A stretch of 57,023 nucleotides of DNA, taken from assembly GCA_048940645.1 (NCBI GenBank), contig JBHLOI010000019.1, forward strand, positions 1 to 57,023, given 5' to 3'. Below, piece after piece: positions 38,795 to 48,937 of the stretch (positions within the stretch are counted from its first letter, which is position 1; the number at the start of each line of letters is the position of its first letter). The notes under the pieces were generated by a model. The model had not been told where the DNA came from. It did not search any database and saw only the letters and a list, made by a program, of their open reading frames with translations. The DNA is from Promethearchaeota archaeon. Lineage in GTDB: Archaea > Asgardarchaeota > Lokiarchaeia > Sigyniarchaeales > SOKP01. The position numbers and the translations under genes are program-made.

Positions 38795-40408
38795 ATGGAT
38801 CCTCAAAATTTAAGGAAGAAACTCTTTTTTGGCGGCCCTATTCTAACAGTTAATGAATCACAACCTGAAGTCGAAGCTGTTGGTATTGAAGGGGAAAAAA
38901 TAATAGCTGTTGGTTCTCTAAGTGATGTAAAAAATATTCTTAAGAAGGATTATGATATATTTAATTTAAATGGTTTCACACTTTTACCAGGATTTACTGA
39001 TTGTCACCTTCATCCCATTTTATATACTTTATATTTCTTGTTTCCTGATTTAACAAATGTTAGTAGCTTGGGGGAATTAAAATCTCTTTTAAAAAAATTT
39101 ATTAAAGGAAAAAATAAAACTGAATTGGTATTAGGATTTAATTTAAGTGAGGAAAAATTTAAAAAACCCGCTTTACCTACCCGTTGGGACTTGGACGATG
39201 CTTGTCCTGAGCATCCTGTATTTATCTTAAGATATGATAGTCATATTGGCATTGCGAATTCAAGAGCATTAGAGCTTGCTGAAATACATGAAGGAACTAA
39301 AGTTCCCGATGGTGGAGAATTTCGAAGAGATCACACAGGAAAACTTAATGGAATTATAACTGAAAAAGCAATAAATTTAATTCTATCAAAAGTAAAATTT
39401 CCAAAAGCAAAAGAAATAGAAAGCGCTGCTACTAAAGCCTTCGAAAGTTTTGCTAAGAAAGGGCTCACATCTTTACATGGCATACTCAGCGCAGATAGAA
39501 GCGGTGAATTTGGCGACGTTGGCGCTATAGAATTGCCATTGTTCAAATATTTACAAGAGAAAGTACTTCAGAACTGTTATATTTTGGTTAATGTCGAGAA
39601 ATTAAGAAAACTATTTAAAATAAAAAAATCCTATTTAAATGGAGAGAAGATTGACAGTAAATTTAAAATAGGTGGACTAAAGCTCTTTCTTGATGGATCA
39701 TTTGGAGCAAAAACCGCTTGCATGTTTGAACCTTTCTCTGATGCCCCGGATATGTGTGGATTTTGCGTTATCGAAGAGGAAGAAATATATGAAAAAATGA
39801 AACTGGCACATAATAATGGTCTTCAGATTGTAATTCATGCAATTGGAGATAAGGGAAATAGAATTGCGATGAATTTATATAAAAGGCTTCTAGAAGAATT
39901 CCCCAGAGAAGACCATAGACACCGAATTGAACATGCTTCTATGTTAACCAGTGATGTTTTAAATGATATGCGAAAATATGGAATTATTGCTTCATGCCAA
40001 CCACCATTTATAAATTCAGAATATATGTGGTTAGAAAAGCGCTTAGGTAAAGAAAGATGTAAATATACATATCCGTTTAAATCAATAATTGATGCTGGAG
40101 TAATGTTAATCTCTGGTTCTGATTGTCCAATAGAGGATCCAAGCCCAATATTAGGAATTCATGCTCTTGTAACACGCAATGATTTTATACCAGAACAATG
40201 TATCAGTATAGAAGAAGCAATAAAGACATATACAATAAATGCAGCCTATGCTGCTTTTGAAGAAAATGTAAAAGGAACTATTGAAGTAGGAAAATTAGCT
40301 GATTTTGTGATATTAGATAAAAACCCAATTGAATTACTTAAAGCAAACATAAAAGAGATTCAGATAATGGAAACTATAATTAGAGGAAAATCAGTTTATA
40401 AAAGTTAA
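38795..40408 (+). CDS. Amidohydrolase (YtcJ-like)
   Basis: PGFTDCHLH, KLFLDGS, HAIGD, RIEHA, GSDCP, GKLADFVILD. Confidence 0.92.
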   Translation: MDPQNLRKKLFFGGPILTVNESQPEVEAVGIEGEKIIAVGSLSDVKNILKKDYDIFNLNGFTLLPGFTDCHLHPILYTLYFLFPDLTNVSSLGELKSLLKKFIKGKNKTELVLGFNLSEEKFKKPALPTRWDLDDACPEHPVFILRYDSHIGIANSRALELAEIHEGTKVPDGGEFRRDHTGKLNGIITEKAINLILSKVKFPKAKEIESAATKAFESFAKKGLTSLHGILSADRSGEFGDVGAIELPLFKYLQEKVLQNCYILVNVEKLRKLFKIKKSYLNGEKIDSKFKIGGLKLFLDGSFGAKTACMFEPFSDAPDMCGFCVIEEEEIYEKMKLAHNNGLQIVIHAIGDKGNRIAMNLYKRLLEEFPREDHRHRIEHASMLTSDVLNDMRKYGIIASCQPPFINSEYMWLEKRLGKERCKYTYPFKSIIDAGVMLISGSDCPIEDPSPILGIHALVTRNDFIPEQCISIEEAIKTYTINAAYAAFEENVKGTIEVGKLADFVILDKNPIELLKANIKEIQIMETIIRGKSVYKS

Positions 40409-40424
40409 ATCAATTGAGTCGTTT

Positions 40425-41648
40425 CTAATCCCTAAATACGTGTTTATTAATAGAATAATATAATAAATAGATAAACACAGCTAAAGCAACCAAAGCTATA
40501 ATCCCTATAATTATAATCATCATAAAATCATCCTTGGGTGGAGGGATATTAGTCTTCGGTATTAAATAGACCCTATTACTATCCACTGCTGCAATATATT
40601 GCCCATTAGACGAGATTGCTACTGAATAAACAGGGCTTCCTGTATAGCATACCCATGTAGGGATATTGCTGATTGTGTCAAAAAATAAGACTTTATGATC
40701 TTTACTTCCTGCAACAATATATAGTCCATCGGACGATATGGCGATAGAATGAAGGTAATCTCTTGCTTCATAGCTCCATAAAGGATTCGAGTTGGTTCTA
40801 TTGAAGACATAAACTTTTTTATCTGCCATTCCCCTTGCAACAATAAAGCTCCCATCAGATGAAGTTGCAACTTGCCATACGACGTATCCAGTAGAATAAG
40901 TCCATAGCGGGGTACTACCTGTGCGATTGAAAAAATAAACTTTATGATCCCTGCTCCCTCCAACAATATATTGTCCATCTGATGAGATGCCTACAGAAGT
41001 AACTTCACTTCCAGTTTCATAGCTCCATAAAGGAGTGGAGCTAGTCCTATTGAAAAGATAAATCTTTTTATCCCATCCTCCTGCCGTAATATACTGCCCA
41101 TTTGATGAGATTGCTACTGAAGATATAAAATTTCCTGTAGTATAATTCCACAAAGGAGTACTAGTGGTCCTATTAAAGATAAAGAGAGCGCCTATAAAAG
41201 GATTAAGCCCTGTTCCCGCAGCAATAAATTGCCCATCAGATGAGATTGCTACTGAATATACCATATAGTGAGTAAAGTAATACCATAAAGGAGTGTGGTT
41301 GTTTCTATCGAAAAGATGTATCCTGCCATTATCGCTCCCCTCTGCTATATAATGCCCATCAGACGAGATCGAGATTGAATTCACCGCTGAATCTCCCTCT
41401 ATAGTGAAGTCCCATAAAGGCGCGTAATTGTTTTTTTTAAAAAAAAATATCTCATAACCACTTCTTGCAACAAAATATTGCCCATCAGATGACATTACGA
41501 CGCCATAAAGATCACTATCTGCAGTATAAATTTGTTTTTTATCTTCTTCTCCCAAAACTCCATTTATGTTTAAAGCTATATTGAAAAGTAAAAATTCACA
41601 TATGAATGCCCAAACGAGAATAATTTTATATAATTTGAGTTTTCGCAT
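40425..41648 (-). CDS. Secreted, membrane-anchored WD40/PQQ-like beta-propeller
   Basis: About 8 repeats of V.SVAISSDGQYI.AG..D..VY.F....TPLW.Y; N-terminal signal and C-terminal TM. Confidence 0.88.
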   Translation of the reverse strand: MRKLKLYKIILVWAFICEFLLFNIALNINGVLGEEDKKQIYTADSDLYGVVMSSDGQYFVARSGYEIFFFKKNNYAPLWDFTIEGDSAVNSISISSDGHYIAEGSDNGRIHLFDRNNHTPLWYYFTHYMVYSVAISSDGQFIAAGTGLNPFIGALFIFNRTTSTPLWNYTTGNFISSVAISSNGQYITAGGWDKKIYLFNRTSSTPLWSYETGSEVTSVGISSDGQYIVGGSRDHKVYFFNRTGSTPLWTYSTGYVVWQVATSSDGSFIVARGMADKKVYVFNRTNSNPLWSYEARDYLHSIAISSDGLYIVAGSKDHKVLFFDTISNIPTWVCYTGSPVYSVAISSNGQYIAAVDSNRVYLIPKTNIPPPKDDFMMIIIIGIIALVALAVFIYLLYYSINKHVFRD

Positions 41649-41788
41649 TACTATACTATTTGGTAAATAGAAAAAATCGGATATAAATCTATGTCCTTAA
41701 ATTTCTGAGAAATAATCTAATATAAATTATTAACTTTCAAAAATAATCTGGAAAAATGTAGCAAGATTACTATATTTATAAATATTAA

Positions 41789-42964
41789 TTAATCTGTAAA
41801 ATAGAGGTGCTCATCAAAGCCAGTTTCGGCTATCAGATCTTGCCCAAGCTTCTGAATTGCTTTTTTCGAAGGATTTTGCAATATTTTTCGAGTTATATTT
41901 ACAACCTTAGTTAATTTATTATCCGGAAATTCTCTTATGATATTGTCATAACGGGAAAAATCAATGCCAGCAGTATATACTCCGGCACTTCCATGTCCTG
42001 CTGAAGAAGATACTTGCCAGTGTTCTACCTTTAATTCAATTTTCGAAAGAAGAAAACTTTCTGAAAACCATTCGAGATAAAGTTGCATTCGTTTTGATTT
42101 TCGCTTGGTAGTTCTAAGCATTTTCAATGCACGATTTAATCTATCAGGATGCATTTGTCTAAATACTTTTTCTTGCAATTCTGACATATTATCTTTAACA
42201 TGAGCTTTTATCTCTTGGAGGATTTCATCAACCTTTTGCGCTCTCTCTTCTGTAATATCTTGATGAATTGATTGGACATGACGAGCAATCACATCATTGA
42301 AACTTTGATTATTATCTACATCTGATTCTGAAGTGCTAGGAGGAGAAGCTGTAGAGGATTGCTCAATTTCAGTAGGTATGCTGTAGATCTCTTTTTGGGG
42401 AAGTGTAAACAATTCTCCGAGCTTAGAAGGATGTTGTCTCACCTCATTAAATTTTTCTTGAATTTCTTTCTCTGAATATCCCATATTTATTAAATAAAAT
42501 GCTGCGCTTGAAAGCTGATTTTCTAACGCATCGGCGGCGCTATAATTACCAGGAGCACCAAATTGTTCTCTCAATAAATCATCTGCCATTAAGCTAATCT
42601 TTTCTTCATTAATTTCTTCCAACTTAAGCGTTTTAATTTTTGTTAGGATAAAATTTACTTGTTCAGGTGTAAGATAATTTAAATTGCCTATTGGTCCAAC
42701 CATAATGGAAATTTTTTCCATCTTTTTTAATATATCTTTAATATCATTTTGAGTCTTACCCCTTGAGATTTTTAAAAAATGTTCTAAGAAATTTTTATTG
42801 AACCCTGCAATTACTTTCAGTCCATACTCATCAAATTTACTAAGATGATCATTTAATCCGTTGCCTTGAAATTCTGGTGGAAGATTTATACTAAAAACCA
42901 AAATATTATCAAGAATCATATAAAGATAGTCTGTTTTATTCATAAGCGAGCCTAAAATCTGCAA
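41789..42964 (-). CDS. Hypothetical protein
   Basis: 391-aa ORF with a S/P-rich linker; start uncertain. Confidence 0.65.
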   Translation of the reverse strand: MQILGSLMNKTDYLYMILDNILVFSINLPPEFQGNGLNDHLSKFDEYGLKVIAGFNKNFLEHFLKISRGKTQNDIKDILKKMEKISIMVGPIGNLNYLTPEQVNFILTKIKTLKLEEINEEKISLMADDLLREQFGAPGNYSAADALENQLSSAAFYLINMGYSEKEIQEKFNEVRQHPSKLGELFTLPQKEIYSIPTEIEQSSTASPPSTSESDVDNNQSFNDVIARHVQSIHQDITEERAQKVDEILQEIKAHVKDNMSELQEKVFRQMHPDRLNRALKMLRTTKRKSKRMQLYLEWFSESFLLSKIELKVEHWQVSSSAGHGSAGVYTAGIDFSRYDNIIREFPDNKLTKVVNITRKILQNPSKKAIQKLGQDLIAETGFDEHLYFTD

Positions 42965-43048
42965 AACATTTTGAAATAATATTTTTATACCAATAAATAA
43001 ATTCAGAATTTAATAAACATATAAAAGCAATATAATATAAGCTTTTCA

Positions 43049-43546
43049 CTAATGATTTTTTTGATATGCTTTAACTAATTTTCTAGCTTGAGCCATCTGT
43101 TCTTTAGTTTCTAAACTACAAGGTCTTAATTTTCGTATCCATTTTACAGGATCTATACTATTTGGAATATATCCAGTGCTAGCTGCCCAAACAATAATAA
43201 ATTGGGCGGTTCGACCACATCCAGCTACACAATGAACTACTATCGCTTCCTTTTTTTGAATATGTGTTTCACAAATCTGAAGAAATTTAACAATTTGCTT
43301 ATTATTTGGAATTCCATAATCAGGGACATTAATATGGTAATAATTAAATTCTTTAGGAACATCTTTATGATTATCGAATTCAGAACAATTTATTATTACT
43401 GAAATCCTTTCTTTCTTATAGATCTCATACAGAAAAAGGTCTGGCCACCAACTGGCTGCCATCTTTCCCTTAATGATCCAAGTAAATGGCTCGGTTTTTT
43501 CAGGCATCCCATTTTTAGGCCAATACCATGGCCAAATTCTATTCAA
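43049..43546 (-). CDS. Dual-specificity protein phosphatase
   Basis: VPDYG.P and VHCVAGCGRT (CX5R). Confidence 0.92.
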   Translation of the reverse strand: MNRIWPWYWPKNGMPEKTEPFTWIIKGKMAASWWPDLFLYEIYKKERISVIINCSEFDNHKDVPKEFNYYHINVPDYGIPNNKQIVKFLQICETHIQKKEAIVVHCVAGCGRTAQFIIVWAASTGYIPNSIDPVKWIRKLRPCSLETKEQMAQARKLVKAYQKNH

Positions 43547-43708
43547 ATTTTTTCTGACCTTAATTTTTAGATTGAAGTGATTTTTAGATAATTTACGTTA
43601 ATTTATCTAATTAACTAAATAATTTGAAATTTGATACCTTTTAAAAGGAGCCAAATATCTTTTTCAATCTTGAAGATCCATAAGAATTAAAAATTAAAAA
43701 AAAAAAAA

Positions 43709-46700
43709 TTAAAAATTCTTGATTTTTTTAAACTTTACTTTTGCTGAGAGGAGTATTATTACACCTAAAGACGCAATAATAAATAGTAAGTTATAGCCTG
43801 GGATACCATTTCCTTCTTCAACTTCAAAGTAATTAGAATAAACAAGTGTAAGTGAATAATTACCAGTTGTCATCCCGACATCATAAAGAAACGTGCTATT
43901 TAATAGTAGGCCTGATTTTTTCTCATACCACGCAAAACCGCCTGGGAAATCTAAATCTTCCAACACCCATACCTCTACCGTTCCATAATCAGAAAGATTA
44001 TAGGTTAATTCATCTGATACGTTAAACTTGTGGTCTAAACCAGCAACTGATATGGGAATTTCATCACCGAGAGAACTATCTGTAAAGATCCATAAAGGTG
44101 TGTGTAATCCGACATCCAGAAGAATAAACCCTGTAATAGAAGAATCAGTTATAATTCTTGTTTGACTATTTACCTCCCAATAGCCTTTTAGGAGAAGAAT
44201 ACTTCCATCATATATTGAGTAATCAACATGAAAATCTTTCTCTGAAAGAGATGAATATCCACATTGCATAAGATAAGTTTGACCAGATATAGTAAATGAG
44301 TAGTTGAGTATTAATCCATCAAAAAGTATTATCTCGTGAATTGGTATTAATTTCAATTTAACATTATCCATTGTATAAGTCTCCCCTATTACTGGTGGAG
44401 CATATGCCTTAAAACTATAATCTCCATAGTCAGTGGGGGTCCATAGATAATTAATGGTTTGGCTGGTCCCAGAAAGAAAATTTGATATATAAATGGAATC
44501 TATCAAAATCCCATCCAAATAGAAGAATAGATCTACGTCCGATTCGTCACTCGTTCCAGTATTAGTAATCGTAGCATTAATAGAGTACGTATTAGAAATT
44601 GTAGGAAACTCAGGAACTTCTAATGAAACTCTTAAATCATGTGGTATAACTATTCCAGTACCCTTAATCATTATGTCATCTATTAACCAGCCTCTATAAT
44701 CATTTGCAATATGATCAATTGTATCAAACTCAAACATTATTTGCACTGAAGGATTTCCAGTATAAGCCGAGATATCTATAGATACCTTTTCCCATGGCAT
44801 AATGTAATATTCATCAGTTTGATAAATGAGATCCCAATCAACACCGTTAGTAGAGATGTATACGAAAGAAATATCATAAGAACCTCCCTCTCCTTCTCGC
44901 CAATGATAAAATTCTAGGAAAGCCGCACCAATACCTGATAAATCAATAGAAGTTGATGTTATACTTCCAAATTCTTGAAAACCTGTTTCATAGTTTCCAG
45001 TAGATTCATTACCGAACCACATAGAATGAATCGGTGAATGGTATGGATTTAGCCATGCACTACTATTGTCGGTTAAATGCCAAAGCCCTGTTATGGATAC
45101 CCACTGAGATAAACCGCTTTCAAAATCATCATAAAAAATGGGACCTAGTATATATAATATTTCAGTAGCATAATTGTTAGATCTATACGTTTCTCCAGGC
45201 ACCGGCGGCACATATGCCGTGAAATTATAAACCTCATATTCTGTAGGTGTCCATAGATAAATAATTGTTGTATTTGTTCCACTTGGAAGACTAGGAATTG
45301 TAGTTGAATGAACTGGAACATTATTGAGCAGTAAATCAAAATCTACGCTGGTTTCACCACTAGCACCATTATTGATTACTAACGCTTCAATCTGATAAGG
45401 ATTGTATATTTTAGGATCTGTTGGAGCTTTTAAACACAGTTTTAGTTCATGATTAAAAATCATAAATGTAGCATTTACATATCCCGGAGTATCTTCTGGA
45501 ACATCAGGTGATTGTTGGGAAATTTGTTGGAGAATTCCCCCCAGATATCTTTCAAGTTTAAACGATGATATTATTCCATTTGTACCAGCTGGACCAATCT
45601 CAAGATAAAAAAATACATCGTTATTTATGTTATAATAGGTATAAAAATCGGTCATATCGAATGTCATAAATTCCGGAAACAAATTATTAACATCAGTATC
45701 ATAATGGGGAGTTATATAGTCTAAAGGGGCATCGTGTGGACCTACTCCTAAGGTGACAATATCACTCATTCTAGTAGGTGTTGAACTAAATTTCCAAGTA
45801 GCGATTATATTTGGATTATAATCAATTCGATCTGTTAGATATAGTATAAATTGGCTAGCATGAGCTCCGAATTCGTCAAACGCATCATATGTTAACCAGT
45901 AATATCCATCATCCATCCAGTTAGCCCCCCATGAATTGACCACTCTAAAGGCTCCTACATCACTTCCTTCTGAAATAGAATCATCATATCCCACAAAACA
46001 TTGTGCGTGATTTAATCCGCCTCCAGTATATTCATCCGAAGATAGTATATAATCTCCTGAAGTATCATTCAATCCATTGTAAAATTGATATGCATCAATT
46101 CCGATAGTAACTGGAGTTCCGCTGTCTAATACACTTTTGATTACATCAATAGTCGAGAAACCTACATAGGTAATTAGAGTATAATCAAGAGGCCTGTGAT
46201 AAGGAGCTTCTCGCCAAGCAGATTCATCTCCCCAACTATTAACATCCATATCATTATAAGGCATAGTACTTAATGTTGCTACACCCCATTCTATTATGAG
46301 TTCAGCAGTCTCTACTGGCATAGAACCATAATCGAAAGCAGCTATTTTATTATATGACCATGCTGGACTTAATAAATAGTCAGAATTTCCAGAACTTGCG
46401 TCCCATCCATAATCTTTTGCTTCTAAATATCCAAAAGCATAATACACATTAGCCCATGAAGTACAAGAACCCTGCATTCCTTGATCTCCAACTACTGGAA
46501 AGTAAATTTCTGTTGAAATATCTGCTGCTGCTTTATATCCTTGTTTATAATTTGAAACTAATCCTAATAATGATATTTTTCCAATAAGAGAATCTAAATC
46601 CTCTTCTGTGGGTTTAGAATATCCTGTACCATGGCCATCGATAATATTATTGTAATCCCTACTTGTTTCCTCGAATATATAATCTTTTTTCATCTCCTCA

Positions 46701-46924
46701 ATTTTATCTCTTGTTAAATATTCTGCTAAATATTGTATACCGTTTACTGTATAGATAAAAGTATTTTCTACATTCTTATAATTTAATAAATCTTGATCAG
46801 TTGATTTTAAATCGATATTCGAAGATTTATAAAAGTTAGAAGGAATATTAACTGAAAGCAATAACATTATAGTAATACATAGCAGTAAAAAGATACCTTT
46901 AAATTTCTTTTTTAATCTATGCAT
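43709..46924 (-). CDS. Surface papain-like (C1A) cysteine protease with CARDB-like/beta-sandwich domains and C-terminal IPGY sorting signal
   Basis: QGMQGSCTSWA, NHAQCFVGYDD, VVNSWG; two CARDB-like repeats; IPGY + TM + basic tail. Confidence 0.88.
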   Translation of the reverse strand: MHRLKKKFKGIFLLLCITIMLLLSVNIPSNFYKSSNIDLKSTDQDLLNYKNVENTFIYTVNGIQYLAEYLTRDKIEEMKKDYIFEETSRDYNNIIDGHGTGYSKPTEEDLDSLIGKISLLGLVSNYKQGYKAAADISTEIYFPVVGDQGMQGSCTSWANVYYAFGYLEAKDYGWDASSGNSDYLLSPAWSYNKIAAFDYGSMPVETAELIIEWGVATLSTMPYNDMDVNSWGDESAWREAPYHRPLDYTLITYVGFSTIDVIKSVLDSGTPVTIGIDAYQFYNGLNDTSGDYILSSDEYTGGGLNHAQCFVGYDDSISEGSDVGAFRVVNSWGANWMDDGYYWLTYDAFDEFGAHASQFILYLTDRIDYNPNIIATWKFSSTPTRMSDIVTLGVGPHDAPLDYITPHYDTDVNNLFPEFMTFDMTDFYTYYNINNDVFFYLEIGPAGTNGIISSFKLERYLGGILQQISQQSPDVPEDTPGYVNATFMIFNHELKLCLKAPTDPKIYNPYQIEALVINNGASGETSVDFDLLLNNVPVHSTTIPSLPSGTNTTIIYLWTPTEYEVYNFTAYVPPVPGETYRSNNYATEILYILGPIFYDDFESGLSQWVSITGLWHLTDNSSAWLNPYHSPIHSMWFGNESTGNYETGFQEFGSITSTSIDLSGIGAAFLEFYHWREGEGGSYDISFVYISTNGVDWDLIYQTDEYYIMPWEKVSIDISAYTGNPSVQIMFEFDTIDHIANDYRGWLIDDIMIKGTGIVIPHDLRVSLEVPEFPTISNTYSINATITNTGTSDESDVDLFFYLDGILIDSIYISNFLSGTSQTINYLWTPTDYGDYSFKAYAPPVIGETYTMDNVKLKLIPIHEIILFDGLILNYSFTISGQTYLMQCGYSSLSEKDFHVDYSIYDGSILLLKGYWEVNSQTRIITDSSITGFILLDVGLHTPLWIFTDSSLGDEIPISVAGLDHKFNVSDELTYNLSDYGTVEVWVLEDLDFPGGFAWYEKKSGLLLNSTFLYDVGMTTGNYSLTLVYSNYFEVEEGNGIPGYNLLFIIASLGVIILLSAKVKFKKIKNF

Positions 46925-47098
46925 TTTTAATTTCGCCTAAAATTTGTTTATAAAATTGTTAAAATTATCAAGTTAATATAAATAACATTATTTATATCTT
47001 GGTCAAAAAAGTATGATAAAATTAATAAAAAATTAATAAATTTGAGCAAATATTATTTCAATCTGGAGAAGATTGATAACGATTTTAAAATGAATTAA

Positions 47099-47569
47099 AT
47101 GGATGATAAAGATAAATTAACTGCTTTTGATACAAGAAAATACCCGGTTCGTCCGCATATAGGAGTAGGAATTCTTCTAATTCGAGATAAATCATTGTTA
47201 TTAGTAAAGAGAAAATATGATCCAGATGCTGGATACTGGTCAATACCAGGTGGGCATTTAGAACTTGGAGAAAAAGTAATCCCCGCAGCTGAGAGAGAAG
47301 GTTTTGAAGAGACAGGATTTAAAGTAAAAGTTACAAAATTGGCAGGGATAATTGATAAAATAGTGTATGATAACGGTGGAAAAGTTGAATATCATTATGT
47401 TTTAATCAATTATTTCGTAGAACAAACGGGAGGCAATCCAAATCAACCACCAATACCTGATTCTGATGCACTAGAAGCTAAATTTGTCCCTTTTAAAGCA
47501 TTAAAAAAATATAAGTTAACTGATTCTTTAATCGAGTTATTAAAACAGTTAAAAATTGGGTATACTTAA
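47099..47569 (+). CDS. Nudix hydrolase
   Basis: PGGHLELGE....AAEREGFEETG. Confidence 0.92.
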   Translation: MDDKDKLTAFDTRKYPVRPHIGVGILLIRDKSLLLVKRKYDPDAGYWSIPGGHLELGEKVIPAAEREGFEETGFKVKVTKLAGIIDKIVYDNGGKVEYHYVLINYFVEQTGGNPNQPPIPDSDALEAKFVPFKALKKYKLTDSLIELLKQLKIGYT

Positions 47570-47604
47570 CCAAGAGAAAAAAAATATTTAGATTAAATCA
47601 TTAA

Positions 47605-48507
47605 TTATACTTTCTTTAAGTTTTTTTGGATAAAGTTTCCTATTTTTTCAATTGCTTCTCGGCTTTCTGGTGCCCAAGCTGCAAATGCAGCAAACACATG
47701 AATCATATCTTCCCAAACGTCTAATTCAACATCAATACCTACTTCTTTAGCCCGTTCTGCCAAACGCACGGAGTCATCAAGTACTAGTTCTGCGGTTCCA
47801 ACTTGAATGTACATAGGGGGAAGTCCCTTAAGGTCTGCATATAAAGGAGATGCCAAATAATTTTTTGGATCAGTATTTTTTAAATATGCTTGTGCCATGA
47901 ATTCACCAGCCTCTGGAGTCAAAAAAGGATCCAATTCCGCTTTGGTTTTTATAGATTCACCAGTTCCTGCTAAATCTGTCCATGGAGAAAGACATACACC
48001 AGCAGTAGGTAACGCTATACCTTTTTCTCTTAATTTCACTAAAGTAGATATAGTTAAACCGCCACCAGCAGAATCGCCCCCAATTATTACATTTTTGGGA
48101 TTAATCTTTTCATTAGAAATAAGCCATTGATAAGCCGTCATTGCATCGTCTAAAGCAGCGGGAAAAGGATATTCCGGAGCTAAGCGATAATCTATTATTA
48201 AAACCCGGACTTTTGCTGCTCGGGAAATCCTTGCTACTAAATCTCTATGGGTTTCGATTGATCCTGCGATATATCCCCCTCCATGAAAGTAAAGCATTAC
48301 ATGGTCATAATCGATATCTGGAGTAGAAATCCATTCTGCAGGAACACCTCCAGCATTTATCGGCTCACATTTCACATCACTAGGTAGTTTAGTCATAGTA
48401 GCTAGCTGATTTAAGCCACTACGTATAGCTTCAACGCTAGGTTCCTCTGTTGCATCCTGAAATTGTTTCAATAAATTAATTACCCTTTCCATACCTTTAC
48501 TAACCAT
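47605..48507 (-). CDS. HSL-family esterase/lipase
   Basis: HGGGY, YRLAPE, GDSAGG, MIHVF. Confidence 0.93.
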   Translation of the reverse strand: MVSKGMERVINLLKQFQDATEEPSVEAIRSGLNQLATMTKLPSDVKCEPINAGGVPAEWISTPDIDYDHVMLYFHGGGYIAGSIETHRDLVARISRAAKVRVLIIDYRLAPEYPFPAALDDAMTAYQWLISNEKINPKNVIIGGDSAGGGLTISTLVKLREKGIALPTAGVCLSPWTDLAGTGESIKTKAELDPFLTPEAGEFMAQAYLKNTDPKNYLASPLYADLKGLPPMYIQVGTAELVLDDSVRLAERAKEVGIDVELDVWEDMIHVFAAFAAWAPESREAIEKIGNFIQKNLKKV

Positions 48508-48767
48508 TTTAAATTACCCTCTTTTAAATAATTAAATTGAGTTAATCATATGTTTAATTTATATATTAATCTTGTTTGAAATTAAATGCAATTTGATTAA
48601 TTCATTCATTTTTAGACATTATTTCATTTTGAAGAATTAATTGTTGAAAAGTTTGAATTACTTGACAAAAATGTTAAGGACTATATTTTTATTGTATCTT
48701 CATAATTACTAAACCAACCTATAATTCTTATAAAATAACAAGAGGCTAGATTATGCCTTATATTTTT

Positions 48768-48786
48768 ATAACCTCCGGGAAGTTAT
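48768..48786. promoter_or_regulatory. Palindrome upstream of thiC, candidate operator
   Basis: ATAACCTCC-G-GGAAGTTAT with one mismatch, flanked by a TATATTTT/AAAATATA inverted pair. Confidence 0.4.
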
Positions 48787-48937
48787 GTAAAATATAGTAT
48801 TTATTTTTAGAAAAATATTTACGAACTGATACTTTTTTTTTATTAAACGAAAGAATTTAATTCTTTAATAATTACTTTGTAATAGGTATTTTATATAAAA
48901 CTATTAACTTAAATGCGAAGTTAAAAGGTCATAAATC

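Noticed and set aside
40600-41520. Periodic DNA repeats (~126 bp) resembling an array
   Set aside because: They are the coding repeats of the beta-propeller protein, not CRISPR
48508-48937. TPP riboswitch upstream of thiC
   Set aside because: Conserved elements (e.g. CTGAGA) are not present; the region is very AT-rich
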